Under the pieces are notes generated by a model that did no database searches, was not told the origin of the DNA, and was given only the letters and a program-made list of their open reading frames with translations. DNA of 64,000 nt, from contig MU059171.1 in assembly GCA_013265495.1 (NCBI GenBank), positions 4,297,656 through 4,361,655 of the forward strand, given 5' to 3'. Within the stretch, counting starts at the first letter, position 1, and every line of letters begins with the position of its first letter. The stretch comes from Vicugna vicugna. Taxonomy: Eukaryota. This document shows, one piece after another, positions 49,321 to 62,795 of this stretch. The position numbers and the translations under genes are program-made.

Positions 49321-50699
49321 TTCTGAATAAAGGAACATGTCTCAGAGCTTTTCAAATAGACAACCCTATGTTCTAATGTGACACTTGCCAAGCACCTACC
49401 AAGAGATCCTCAGGCCCAGCACCACACAAAGTCCCCTCAGTGCTGAGATAAAGAAGACAAGCAAGGAATCCATCTGACACCTCTGAACACCTGTCAAAGG
49501 CGATTCAGGTGCTGTTTGTGCCCCCATCACTGCCCCCGCCAGGACCTCAATGGTACAGCCATGCTGGTTGTTTAAAATACTGAAACACTTCCATGGGAGC
49601 TGGTAAAGAGTCAGTGGCCCAAGCCTACTGAATGCCTGTCCCCTTAGCTCCCGCCCCTCCTCCAGGGCCCCCTGACCCCGACCTCCTCACTAGCCATCTG
49701 GTAATCCTCCTCACCAACCAGCAACTCAGAAACCATTGTTTAAAATCTTAATTATCAACACATCAGCACTGTTTCTTAACAAAGTCATCAAATCCCCTCC
49801 TATTTTATTTTTAAAACCAAAATGGACAATTAACAGGAAGCACTTACCAAAATGCCTACCACGGGGTGGTTCCTACTTAGTTATTCTCTACAAAGCACAG
49901 TGAGCTGGGTTAGACAAAGATAAAGCTCATACTCGTAAGAGTCCTGGACGTAATATTAAGCCAGTGATACTGGTTCCCCAGGGATAAAAGCTATCGGCTT
50001 AAATCACATGAGACTTCGAGGAGATCGCAGATGATCAACTATAGCCTCAGGAAGCTAAAGCAAAAATGTGGAAATGCTAAAACCCAGGGATAAGAAGAGT
50101 CAGCACAGCCCCCTGTGCCCAGAGCTCCCTGGTACTGGCTTACTCGGCAACACCTGGGGCTGGGCACACTGCTAGGGATGTGGAAGCAGGACCTCTACCT
50201 TAGCCCTCTCTCTGCTAAGCAACCATTTTCTGTGGAAGAGAACAGATAACCAGGAGGAGGAAGAGAGTTTGATTTCCTCTAAATGTTTCTGTCCAACACC
50301 AGCCAGGAAAGGGAAGAAGGACACACAAGGCGTCTATAAAATCAGATTTTGGAAACCAAGCAAGCATCAGCCTGGATGCACTCCAGTACTGCCCAGCCCA
50401 GCTGCCAGGATGGTGGCCCACACTGGAATCAGCTCAAAGACAATGCCCATCCATATCTCCACGATGGAAGAATAGACCCCAAACTCCAAGTTACTATGGG
50501 AGCTAAAAGCTGAGCTGCAGCTCCTTGGCCAAATCAACACAACTCTAATCGACGGATATAAAATGGTTTTCGACTCATAAAATCAAACGTAATGGCAAAA
50601 GGTGAAGGAAATACCTTGTATTAGTACATGGAAATAATATTCACAGCTAACTTTTTTTTAAAACTGCTGTGTGTGAGGGACAGGGGTCAGGACTCTATT

Positions 50700-50870
50700 T
50701 TTATTATTTCTTTTAAAACTCATCACAACTATATTAGGTAGAGATATAATATTACTATATCCATTATTCAGATAATGAAAAAAATAAAGTCGTGAAATGG
50801 TAAATTTTATGCCCACTTGTCAAACAGAAATTCAAACCCAGATCTATCTCACTTTGAGCCCAAGTCTGTC
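50700..50870 (-). mobile_element. MIR SINE
   Basis: ctcatcacaactatattaggtag...ccattattcagataatgaaaaaa...aattcaaacccagatctatctcact. Confidence 0.55.
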
Positions 50871-52096
50871 TTTCTGAGGTAGTGAGCCTCCCATCACTGC
50901 AGGTAATCAAGGCCTAGTTGCGAGATCTCTTAACAGGAATGCTGCAGAGAGGACTGGAGTGGGGAAGAAGAGTATCAGAGAAGGTCCATTCCAACCCTTG
51001 ATCTATGACAGATGAAAACAAATTGCCTACTGCATGCTGGCTTTCTATTAGGTATCCACAGGGCATGAGGAGTAGGAGACCCTGGGAAAGAAGTGAGCGC
51101 ACTTAGAGCCGAGATCATGGACAGCCGCTCTGTTCATCTGCTCAAGATAAAGGGCAGCTGAAAAGCAACGCCAGTGGAGGGTCCACATTCTTGGCCACGG
51201 TGACCCCAGCAGAGATGGCATGCAGTGAGCACTGGTGCTTCCTTCACCTCCAGAAGCGCAGAGGCAAGGATGACAGCCTCACCACCACAGGGCCGGGGAA
51301 AAGAGTTTCTGTCCTTGCACCTGAATTTTTTTTCAAAGCTAATATTTATGGTAAATTAACAACTAATATTTGCATTGGAAAATATCAAGAACACAATCCG
51401 AAAAGGAAATGAACGTGCAAATCATACGGGAGAAGGAGCATGTGACAAAACACGCGTCTCTAGTAGGAGGGGGAAACAACGGTAAACTCACGCGAGCTTC
51501 AGGTGTTACTCTTAAGCCTCCTGATCAGCAAACCCAAAAAACAGCTTCTGTAGAGAACATGACCTGGGAACTATGCTAGTGGTGTTGGGGGTGTGAGGAT
51601 CCAACAGCTATGCTCACTAGGAGCATCAAAAGGCTGAAATCCTTTGACCTAGTGATCCTAACCCTAGAAATATATGTATACGTGTATACACACAAGTAAT
51701 CACAACTTTGGTTTTATGCACATCTCTACAGAAATAAAATAAGTGAAAATAAACAGGCAATAGTTACTCTGTGAGGAGGATGACATTATCGGTTTTTGTT
51801 TAACACTTTTTCTCATGTCCTATTATCTTTGTAATTTTTAAGAAATGATTCCAATTTTTTCAAAAGGAAATTTAAGTAAACATCAAACACAAGCTGAAAA
51901 ATTCAAGCACCTGGATACAAAAAGGCTCAGAGGTCAGACATCTGTGGGTACCTGAATCCTCTTTGTCATCAGGACCCACCCACCCAATCACCAACTTCAC
52001 GTCCAGTCACAACCTTCAAACGCAGACACACGTGCACAGATGACAGCCTGCTTTAAGCAGACCTAAGGACTTAATGTTGCTCTAAACACTTCAGGA

Positions 52097-52340
52097 GCAA
52101 TAACAAAGAGCTAACACTTACACAGTATATATTCTGTGCCTGGCCCTATTCTAAACACTTCGTATGTCAACGCATTTAACCCTCATAACAACCCTATGAG
52201 AAAAGCACTACCATTATTCCCATTTAGAAACAAGGAAACTAAGACACAGAAAGAGAAAGTAAACTTCCCACATGGTTCAGATAGGTGGCAAAGCCAGGCT
52301 CTGAGCAGTCTGACTCCAGAGTCTAAACTGATAGCCACCC
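52097..52340 (-). mobile_element. MIR SINE, near full length
   Basis: gctaacacttac...tgtgcctggccctattctaaacactt...cctcataacaaccctatgag...ggaaactaagacacaga...tctgactccagagtc. Confidence 0.9.
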
Positions 52341-52459
52341 CACCGCACTGCCTGTCTGTGCAGACAGGGCTCCCAGCCACTGCTCAGCTGGTCCTCTTCT
52401 CTGAAAGGTCTTTCCTCCCCTGAGCCTCCTATAAAGCTGTCACACATACACCCAGAGGC

Positions 52460-52745
52460 CAACTCAAGTGCTGCCTCTTCAGCAGAGCCTTCCCTGGCTC
52501 TCATGTAGATTTGCTGGTTCCTCTAATGTCTCAAGGAACTTTAAGCATACAACTACTGTTTCACTGATACTGCTTAGTAATTGTTTGAGTCTATCTTCCT
52601 GATAGACCACAAGTTTGGGGTGAGGAGAGACAGAGGTATTCTTTGTATCTCTGGTCACTAGCCCAACGTCTGGCAGGTAACATGTAAGCAAGAAGGGAGG
52701 GATGGAAGAAGAGTGGATGGGTGGCCTGACAAATGCATGAATGAC
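52460..52745 (+). mobile_element. L2 LINE 3' end
   Basis: ctcaagtgctgcctcttcagcagagccttccctg...tttgtatctctggtcactagcccaacgtctggca. Confidence 0.65.
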
Positions 52746-52839
52746 TTCTCAGTAAAGAGACTAGGGAATTAAATTCATGCGTTGGTTGGCGAATATTTCA
52801 CACATGCTTGGGGTTAAAATAAAACGGGACCTTGAAGAG

Positions 52840-53200
52840 TATTCATCCCTAAAAAGGAAGGAAATCCACTACAGAAAGGATAAACCTTGAGGACATATGC
52901 TAAGTGAAGTAAGTCGGTCACAAAAGGACAAATACAGTGTGACTAGACATATATGAGGTCCTAGAATAATCAGCCATCAAGACAGAAAGTAGAATGGTGG
53001 TTTCCAGGGACTGAGTGGAGAAAGGAACAGAGTGTTTAGTAGGCACAGAGTTTCAGTTTTCCCAAGTGAGGAGAGTTCTGGAGATGGAGAGTGGTAATGG
53101 TAGCAAAACTATGTGACAATACTTAAATGCCACTGAAGTGTACACTAAAAAATGGTAAAGAAAGTAAATTTATGTTCTGTGCATTTTACCACGATTAAAG
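52840..53200 (+). mobile_element. L1MB-like LINE-1 3' end
   Basis: ggataaaccttgaggacatatgctaagtgaa...agacagaaagtagaatggtggtttccaggg...aaatttatgttctgtgcattttaccac. Confidence 0.9.
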
Positions 53201-53354
53201 TTATACATAAACAGGCAGGTAGATAGACAGACAGATGAAACAGAACCTCAAAGCAAAGAAACCAGACCAAGTCAAAGTATACCTATAGTGGAATCCAAAC
53301 ATAACCCTCAGTGCTGGAACACTCATTGTCCCACATATACAAATGCCACATACA

Positions 53355-53598
53355 AGACTCTTCCCCCCTCAGCAGGGATATCACTTCCTCCAGGAAGCCT
53401 TCCTGGATACCCAAGTCCAGTCTTGTGGGACCCGCCCCAGGCTCCCATAGTGCATGTTCTTGTACCAGGGCCTCTTTGTAGGTGCCTGTCAACAGGTCTA
53501 TCCCCACAGCTCCGTGAAAGTTGCACATTTATCTTGCTTGGATGTGTCCTGGCTCAAGAGACGTCACCTTTAATAAGTACTAAGTCAATTAATTGACT
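53355..53598 (+). mobile_element. L2 LINE 3' end
   Basis: atcacttcctccaggaagccttcctggat...caggctcccatagtgc...taataagtactaagt. Confidence 0.65.
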
Positions 53599-53689
53599 GC
53601 TGGGAAAAGGAGAGGCTAGAATATTGTTCTGATTTCCAAAGCTTACATGCAGGGTTATCTTAAGGAGTAGTTAACAACGCAAGTTAATA

Positions 53690-53823
53690 TAGTCAGCCCT
53701 CCGTATCTCTCAGATATGAAACCCACTGATACACAGGGCTGACTGTACTAACCCATTTTATAGAAAAGAACCTGAGCATCCACAAGGGCTCTGACCAACT
53801 CCTGCAGATACCAAGGGACAACT
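53690..53823. mobile_element. MER2-family TcMar-Tigger MITE with internal inverted repeat
   Basis: agtcagccctccgtatc...gatacacagggctgactgtact...ccattttat...tgagcatcc...gataccaagggacaact. Confidence 0.75.
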
Positions 53824-56329
53824 CACAGAAAACCTGAAGATTTTCTAACTTGAAACTGAAGAGGAGGGTGGAGGGATCCAACTGCAGAGGATTCCCAGAC
53901 AGATTCCCACTGCCTCCTGTATTAGAAAAGGGGGATTTGTCTGTAAACAGGTAATTTCCAGAAGCTACATGCTCCCCCCTCCACTAAGAGTTACAGCTCC
54001 GTGCCCATCTTCCGATACCCAGGCTGAGACCCAGGTGCCAGGCGCAGCACAGAGGCTTAAACACATCACCTCTTCAAATTCTCTTGAGGTCAAGGGAATA
54101 TTTTCCTCTTTGCGGGAACAAAAGTTTAAATTGCAGTTTGATCAATTTGTCAGGCACCTATTCTTCGGGCTAAAATTAGAAAACATTCTTTAAAGGCTGG
54201 TAAATCGTTATGGATCCTGAGGGGTCAGCTCAGAAGGCAGGGGTGGTAACTGGTGTTCTTCGCCGAGTCCATTTTCCATTCTTAAGGCAGCTGTTACCTG
54301 TACTGAATTCCTCGTGCACATGTTTCTGCTATGTGAATTACTTAATCTCCCCTAAAGCTGTTCTGCTGTACACACCTCTAAGTCTACTCGTGGTGTACGT
54401 TTCACACAAGATAACAAATTTTTGGATTTGCTACTGAGCAAAGTATGTTTGCTTTTTTTCCCCCTTCAATTACTGAGCAAACTGTAAGAGTGACATTAAG
54501 AGGCAAGCCAGGCTCATCAGCACTGGAAACCCCACCAAGCAGAGCATGTAGGACCCAACCGAAGAGCACAAATGACTTTGAGCACAACTTGAGTGGACTT
54601 TAGGGCACATTCACACATGTGAGCTACAACGCCAAACAGGAAGTGCTGAGATGATAAGGAAAAACCAGCAAGGTAAGAGATACACCTGCCTGAGTTTCTG
54701 GAAACCCTCAATCAGGAAGCAAGGTCTTCACAAACCTTAGGTTTTGATTCTTGCCCATTCACAAAAAATCGTAGGTGAAGGATCTTTGAGGATCGGAGAT
54801 AGAGGAGCTGACACTCAGAGGGCATTTTTAAATGGGGATAGTGATAGATAACGATCACTTTTTCCTTTTTTTCTTCTTCTTTGCTTAGTCTTCTGTCTAG
54901 TTAGTCAAATCATCCTTATTATAAAACATGTGAATTATGAGAACAAAGATGTTTCAACACACAATCTGACTCAGAGGAGCTTAACTTCTGCTGGGTAATA
55001 TGAGGCAGAACAATAGTATAACCTTTAACATTTTTTTTCCAACCTGGGTCTCAAGTTTCCTCATCCATAAACAAGGGAGTTGGCTGAAACAGGACTTTTA
55101 GGTAGCTCTCAAAAGTAAAATTGTGTATCTACTCCATTCAGCTGTCTACCAGAACAAGCAGACCTCTGGCCTGAGTGTGGATGGACTGTCTAAACTTAAA
55201 TCTTTATAAAGCCCCCCAAATATTATTGGCCACATCATTCACATGTATATACACACACACATGTTCTGACGGCATTTTTGCCTCTGAAAAAGCAGACTAT
55301 TTCTGAGAAAATAATAAAAGATGGTGTTTGCAATTTTGTCCAACTGTTTTCAAAGGCTTTTCAAAACCTTATAAGAAAATTATGGGTAAATTTTTAAAAG
55401 AAAATACATTTCATGCATAACAACTCATTTAAAAGAGAAGCAGAAGCTTCATTATGCTATCTCACAGAAACATTCGCTGCTCCCCCCTCCCCACCCCGCT
55501 TTACCTACAATAAATGGGTAAGAATCAAAAACCCAAGGTTCCATCTGGAGCCCATCACATTCCGTAAGACCATCAAATTCGATAAAAATTCTCTATTTAA
55601 TTAATCTGTTCAAGCACCATTCAATAAGCTTTGAGGATTATACCTTCATCTGAAACTTAGAATACAGTGAATATGCACAGATACAGTTTTTTTCAGTTTA
55701 AGAACAATTACCGATAAATTATATCTTCAAAGGAAGAGAGGTGATCACTTCTACTCCACTTTACAACTACCTGGATCCAACAAAATATCTAAAATGCTAA
55801 ATACAAATATTTCCAATTCCATATTCCTTCTTTAAATTGAATTCATTTTTATTTTAAGATACCTAAGTAACCTACCACGTAAACCTGTATTTCCTAAAAA
55901 ATTTGTTCTGGGGGCAGGGGGCAATGGCCACCCCCCAAAAAAAGACTAGAAAAAAATAAGCTCTTTGTCTAATAGGCTGTAAACATATTCACATATTCTG
56001 ACTTTGAAAAGAAATGGTAAATGAAAGGAAGAAAAACATATGCATTTGGAATTTCAGGACACCGCGCGCTGATTCACAGAGAGAAATCTGAGGCAATTTG
56101 CCAAAGCAAACAGACATCACAATCATGTTAACACGTTAAAGGCTTTTGCTCACAATGCACACACACCGAAGGTCTTGAGGGCCTGCCTTATCCCCTTCTC
56201 GGTGTGCAGGTGAAGCGTGGCCTACTATATGCTACTTCTGCAGGGCTGAGACACACAAGTGGTAGATACCTGGACTGCTCATAATTCAGTTGGGTGTCAT
56301 AAAACACATACAAGCATTTGTTCAATTAG

Positions 56330-56500
56330 GCTTAAACAGGCACGCAGCCAACTTCAGGCCAGGCTCTGTGCCTGAGAGATAAAGATGAGAAACAAACACG
56401 ACCTCCTTCAAAGATCTCATAGTCCAGTGAGAGTCAGACACATCAGCTGTCACTCGAGAATCCAGAACAGTACATAGCAAGTGCTCAAAATATACAGAGC
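56330..56500 (-). mobile_element. L2 LINE 3' fragment
   Basis: gccaggctctgtgcctgagagataaagatga...cttcaaagatctcatagtccagtgagag. Confidence 0.5.
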
Positions 56501-58784
56501 AGGTTAGGAGCCAGGAAGGGCAGGCAAAGATCTGCCCAAGGAGCAGGAGTTTGGTAGAGAACCTGATGCTAACGTGGAGGGTTGGATAGGAATGCACACT
56601 CCACCACTCTGACGTGTACCAGGGCAATGCACTGAACGTTGCCACGCCTCAGTGTCCTCATGTGCTCCCTCCTTAGGACAGTGATGAGCTAATGTACATG
56701 GAAATGCCTGGAATGGCAAACGTGTTAACCCCATCTCTGCCCACAGCTACCCCTGATCTGGGGCAGGGACCAGGACTGGCACAGAACCACTGTAGGAGAA
56801 GATTTTTTTTTCCCCTACTTCTTTTTCCTCTCCCTTTTCGCATCCTTCCTGCAAAAAACCCTTTCCCTAATGCTGACTCAGACAAGACTCAGAATGAATG
56901 AACCAAAAAGGAATGAGGAGGAAGAGAGAGGGAAAGAGAATCCTCTGGCTAACTATAAAGGAGAGAGAAGGAGGCCATCCTTTGGAATGGAAGCCATCAG
57001 TCCTTCTAAACTGGAAAAGGGAAAACAAAAACAATAAACAAAAAACCTCCTGAACCAGACAGACACCTGAAACATTTCCACTTCTGCTGGTTAGACTGCT
57101 TTTCTGGACGGCCTTGGATTCCTGCCAATTAGCTGGAGTTATTTTCTTCCCATCTCCCTGTTTGAACTTCCTTTACTAAATTAAAATAATTGCAGCACAT
57201 CAACATTTAATCAACTCAAAGGAAAGACTAACCCAAGCTCAAATATAATCTTAGAACTTTCATTTTCTTTTTTTTAAGCAAGTGTATGTTTATTTCTTTG
57301 TATCGCGTGGTGGATGCACATTTGTTTACATATACATGTACATTCACACATATACGTGTGTTATTTCAGTAGGTGTGCATCTATAAACAACTAACTATAA
57401 GCTAGCCTTCTTATAGTTGAGGGAAGGGTGACAGATACCAGCATGTACATGGACACAGGCAGGAGAGGTAAACTGAGGATCCACCTCAGAATCCTGCAAA
57501 CCCACCCTGCACCATAACTAAAGTCCCTTGCAATGAAGAAGCCATGAAATTTCCAAGTTAACCACTGGGACAGGGCTGGAGGTGTTTGAACTCCCAGTGA
57601 CTGAACCCAGCCCCTAAAGAACCTCTCTCTCTTTCTGGAGGAAAGCTGTCCTTTTAGTAAACAAGAGCCTTTGTCCCAACCAGGAGAGCTCAAACTGTTG
57701 GGGTTGGGAAACTGGGGCCCCAGAACTGCCTTCATGCCTGGAAAAGACTACAGCCATACCAGGGAAGTCGGAACATTCAGGCTGCTACCCCTTAACTCTC
57801 TTGAAGTTAAGAAATGCTGCTGTGCACTGTCATCCAACTCAATTTGGTGGCTATGTCCAACCCCAGTGCTCAGAATTTACTTCTTCATCCAGAGCCATCT
57901 CATACGTTTCAGAACAGCCCCAAAGGCAAGGGGGTGGATGGTATTACTCTCCTTTCATGGGTTCAGAGGGGCCCCAGGGAGACCCCAAACTGGGTAAATG
58001 GAGGATTCATGGTGCTGCCTTCACACCATGAATCTGGCTTCAAGAGTCCTGGCCAAGGGAGGAGAATCTGAGCTCTTGGGTTCTGGTTTCGGTCCAGCCT
58101 CTCATCCATCCAAGGGTCTCCATAGTGAGTAGGCCTTACCTTCGTGAGTCCTAAGCTCAATGAATATAAAAAGGAAAAGAGAGGCCAACCTTTGCTCTCT
58201 CAGGGTGGAGTCTGATAAGAACCCTCTGTGTCATCATTTCTCAGCTCAGTTTTCAAAGCTCAGGGGTGGGGGTGAATGCCCGTCATCAGCTCTCCCAGCA
58301 AATGTGCCACCTGCCACCCCTGTCCTGGGAACTCAGGCTTTCACAGCCTTAGGCATTCTACTGTGCCCCAAGGAATCCCTCCCCTGCCTGCCTTCCTGGA
58401 AGGCAGCAAGATCCTTCTCAATCAGTAACTCAGCCCACAAAAGGCAACCCCAGAGAAACATCAGAATTCTCTGCACTTATCTCTACGACATCTGATGCTC
58501 AGTTTTTAGTTTCTTCAACCCCGCTGTAAGCAACTCACCCAGGACCCAGCCTCCACTTCTAATTTTTATCACGGTGATGCCACCACTACCACTACCATGC
58601 TGACATCCTGGAGTTTCATCCACACAAATATTCACATAGCAGCATTCTCTGTGTATCCACTAGGTCACAAAAAATAAAATGGAAGTAGGGATTGGGTTTT
58701 TTTAAGAGAAATAATACGATATGGTCTTGGCCCCAAACAATTCACAAACCAGTGAGGAAGATGGAGACATAAATGATTGCTGGG

Positions 58785-59435
58785 GTTTGCTGAATCATTT
58801 GACACTGGAATCTGCCAGTGACTGGGGGTTGGAAGGGACAGTGACTATGAAGGATGACAGAGTCTGCTCCTGACACTATCTTAAAGGATAGGATGACCGG
58901 CTGACTTTAACAAGGTGGAAATTTAATAAGGATAAATGTCAAGTCATGCACTTACATCCAAAAAAAAAAAAAATCACTCTCAAGTATAGGGTAGAGAAGA
59001 TCACATGAGAAAGTCTTAAGGGATTGAGTTGCCCAAAAGCTCAGTGACTCAGTGGGATGAGGCTCCTATAAAAGCTAAAGCAGTATCAGGCTTGCCCTGA
59101 TTAGGATGCTGCATTCAGAGAAGGAAAAGTGAGACCTCAAATCTGGATCCCAGTGACCACAGAAGGATGAATGGTCAAAAGTGAGCAAATTTCAGAGAGC
59201 TGACAGGAGTGTGAAGCCACTTCCCAGCAGGAATGAGGATCAGGAGGCTGCGGAATGAACAACTCACGGGGCCGTGAGAGTCAGATTCAAACTAGGCTTG
59301 GGCTTCACCACTCCACTCCCAGGAGCAGGTAACAGAGACAGAATTTGACCTAAACTGTAAAGGCACTGAGATTACCCTACAAAAGTAATTATTATAGCAG
59401 GGTTTATAACTGCCCCAAAATGAGAGGACTCCTCT
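58785..59435 (+). mobile_element. L3/CR1 LINE, ORF2 C-terminal remnant
   Basis: 58919-58954 translates KFNKDKCQVMHL, similar to the CR1 ORF2 motif MKFNKDKCKVLHLG; downstream aaaagctaaagcagtatcaggct also fits. Confidence 0.85.
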
Positions 59436-59544
59436 GCTAACAAGGTGAGGCTGCTGCTGCTGCTGGTCTAGGCTACCCTCAGGAGGCCAGGGCCAGGGCC
59501 ACGCTCATCCAGCCAGATGCCAAAGCCCAGGAAAGGGCCTCGTT

Positions 59545-59670
59545 CTCTCATTCGCTCATTTATTCACTCACTCACTCATTCAATGGCCATATTTTAAGCT
59601 CCTGCATCTTGCCAGGCACTTTTCTAGGCGTCAAGTCCATGCCAGCCAGGTGTAACTAAATGGTAAGGAT
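59545..59670 (-). mobile_element. L2 LINE 3' end with (TCAY)n tail
   Basis: ctcattcgctcatttattcactcactcactcattcaa...ttgccaggcacttttctagg. Confidence 0.65.
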
Positions 59671-60200
59671 CCTCTAACACTAGAGAGAATCGCCTATTCC
59701 AGCGGCCTGTCTGCAAAATCCAGTTAAAAGCAACTAAAGTGCCGCTGGATTCTGGCTCCTCCGACGCTGGCCCAGCTCCTCAAAAGCTTTGCAGGCATCA
59801 GGCTGATGTCTCTTCACAAACCAGCGAGAACCCACCCACACAATGGCCACAGCCCAGTGGTTTGGGCAGAGCCCCTTTATATTTCTGCAGGTGCTACATT
59901 CCAAAAATACTTCTTCTTATAAAGCATGGCAGGAATTCTACACTGAAGGAAGAAAAGAAGTTCAAGAAGAGCCTTATGTTTCCCGGGGGAGAGAAGAGAC
60001 TAAAACCTCTCATAGAGAGGTTTACATTTTTAAAATGTATTTATTTTATCAACCACATGCTTGCAAATCAAACATCCCCTCCAAGACATTTTGCAGACAG
60101 AGATATTCTGGGAACATACTGGAGGCAGCTTATTTATCTGCCGCTATTCTAAGAGTAGCCCAAAGGGATGAGTATCAGATGCTATCTCCCGCTGAAATGA

Positions 60201-60225
60201 CTGCCTGCCTGCCTGCCTGCCTGCC
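60201..60225. repeat. (CTGC)6 microsatellite
   Basis: Directly visible. Confidence 0.95.
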
Positions 60226-61432
60226 ACCTCTATGCCAGGTCACAGCTACTTCATGCCCCTAAATACCCCCTGCTTGGCCCTGCCAAACTGCCTCTGCCTC
60301 ACTGGTCCCGTGAGAGTCTTCCAGTCAGCCCAGGTCACCACAGATGTGCAAGGGCCATCTATTTGTTCCACGTGTTCTGTACCATCTTTGGGGTCTGTAA
60401 ACTAACGATGGAAAATGTAACTAATATACAAATGCAACATTAGTATCAAACATTGCCACAGTGCTGGAAACTCCCCGGGGGGTGGGTAGGATCCCAGGCA
60501 AACCCAGTTCCTGGGTTTCACTGCCCTAAGGGAATTCTAAGAAAGTATACTCCAATGAGCTCCCACTGTCTCCCACCTCTCCCCTTTGCTATCTTTAATC
60601 AAGTCATCCTCTGAAGTACAGAAGTTAGCAATTGGGAATGCTTTCGGTATCTCCAGCAGTGCTCTCTACCTTAGTCTGGTAGCTGTCTCCCTCCTCACAG
60701 TGAGCATTTGAAGGCAGGAACTTCCCGATCAGCACAGCATCTCTGAGCCCAGCAGATAACCCGACACATTCACATCTTCAGTAAATACTGACAGGATGAC
60801 CGTTCGTTCACTAAGCATTTAATGAGTGCTGAGTTTTAGGATTACAATACTAAATGCCTGAATGTAAAAAGGAAATATAGAAATGGCCCCTGCTCCCCTT
60901 AGGAAGCTAAACACAACAAGGAACAAGGACTATGAAAGCCTGGATGCAAAAGCTCCGATGTGAGGGGTGAGGGAACTCCTGGAGCAGAGCAGGCCAAGTG
61001 CAAAAGAAATGGAATTTTCTTATCCAGGGCATCTCACACAGATTCACCTCCAGGCTGTAATTCCTTGTGTACTGAATGCATTTCCCACACACCAGCCTCT
61101 TATTCTGCAACTGGCTAAATTTCTTGTCTGTCTTTTAAAATATCGGTATACTGTATGGTACATCTCGTCTTCACCCTAAACTGTTTTACTACAAGGAGAA
61201 CCACAGTTCCTAATGGGGTGTGTGCTTCTCACAGGCATTCTGATTTCATCCTCAGCCCCAGCTGTGCGGCTGTTAGAGCCCCGTTAGACAGAAGGGCCAG
61301 GAGGTGCAGAGATGTGAAGGCCTGCCTGCTGCGGACTATGCCCCTGGGGCCCAACTCATACCTCTTCACTCTAAATCCTGTGCTCTTGTCACCAACCTGC
61401 AGCCTGCTTCCTCTCCTGCCTCTCTCTCCACC

Positions 61433-61746
61433 CAGGAACCCCGCCCAAAAGAAATGCAACGTGAGCCACACGTGTCATCACACATTTTCTAGTAGCCTCA
61501 GTAAGGACGGAAAAAAGAAACAGGCGAAATGAATCTCAATAACGTCTATTAACCCAATACACCGATATATTATCATTTTGACTGGTAATCAATACAAGGA
61601 ACTTCCAATGAGGTATTTTACATTCTCTTTTCATATTAAGTCTTTGAAGTCCATCACTGTATGCTGACGGAGCATCCCAATTCGGGGGCCACCTTCCAAG
61701 TGCTGAGCAGCACCTGTGGCTGGTGGCTACTTACTGCACAGAGCGG
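61433..61746. mobile_element. MER33 hAT-Charlie element, near full length
   Basis: gagccaca...ttttctagtagcc...aaagaaacagg..gaaat...ttaacccaata...tattatcattt...tattttacattc...aagtgct...tgtggctggtggctac follows the recalled MER33 consensus end to end. Confidence 0.9.
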
Positions 61747-61909
61747 GCCGGGAGCGAGCAGTTCTTACACACGCTTGAGTCTTCCAGGGCCTAACACCTG
61801 TTGTTTCCAAGCACAGAAAGCCTTTTCAGCGGCACTGACTTCTGTTGGATTTGAGCTTGAGGAGGCCCCAGTTTTCAGTCAACATAGGTTCTCCATGTTT
61901 CAGTGACTC

Positions 61910-62165
61910 AGCTCCATTGCTCAAGTCTCACTGTAGGTACCACTCCTTTAAGGACGCCTCCCTTGCCTATCACCCTGACTTCACACATCACAGCCCTAAT
62001 CCCAGACCGTGAGTGCCTGCCCAACCGTGTTACCCACTGTTGTACGTTCGATGAGACAGGACTGTGTCTGTCTCATTCATATCCCAGCCCCTATCTCCCA
62101 ACCCAGCAAAGGCTCAATAAATATTTGCTAGATGCATAGATGGACGGTTGGGTAAATGAATGGAA
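61910..62165 (+). mobile_element. L2 LINE 3' end
   Basis: gatgagacaggactgtgtctgtctcattcatatcccagc...aggctcaataaatatttgct...aaatgaatg. Confidence 0.7.
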
Positions 62166-62609
62166 TTCCTCCTAACCCAAAGTCTCTGTCTCTCCAGGCC
62201 ACAGTTTCCTCATCTGTAAAATCTCCATGGTTCCTACCAGCTCTGAAAGTCAACAAGGCCACGCGGTGACTTGTGCTGCTTACGCCCAGATCACAGGACC
62301 GACTGGGCCACTTTACTCTGAGCTCTCATTGCACAACCAGCTTGACCAGCCGTGGGACATAGGAAGGGACACTTAGACTGCACTTTAGAGGTTATTTCTC
62401 TGGACGAGTGCAAAATGAGGCAAAACAGTGTTTTCAGGTCGTTAGAAAGTATCCTGAGAACCTCCTGCTATTCCACAGAACTACAGAAACGTCCATATTC
62501 ACTCATGCAATGCTTGAATAGCTTCCCTGGCCAATCATTTATCTATTTCTTACATAGAAAATGTTTAATTTTGTCCTTAAGGAATGACTATCATTAAAAG
62601 ATCACAAGG

Positions 62610-62795
62610 TCAGGTTTTGGACTCCAAAGTCCTGGTTTTCATTGCCACTGCCTTTTTACCAGCTAGCCACATGGCCATCAACGTGTTTTTTTACCTCAAT
62701 TTCCTTATCCATAAGTCAGGGATAACAACTCACAGAGCTGTCGTAACACCAGAATGCCTTACATACTGTAAAGAGCCAAGCAAACGTAAGCTACT
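62610..62795 (+). mobile_element. MIR SINE
   Basis: ttttggactccaaagtcctgg...acctcaatttccttatccataag...ataacaactcacagagctgt. Confidence 0.6.
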
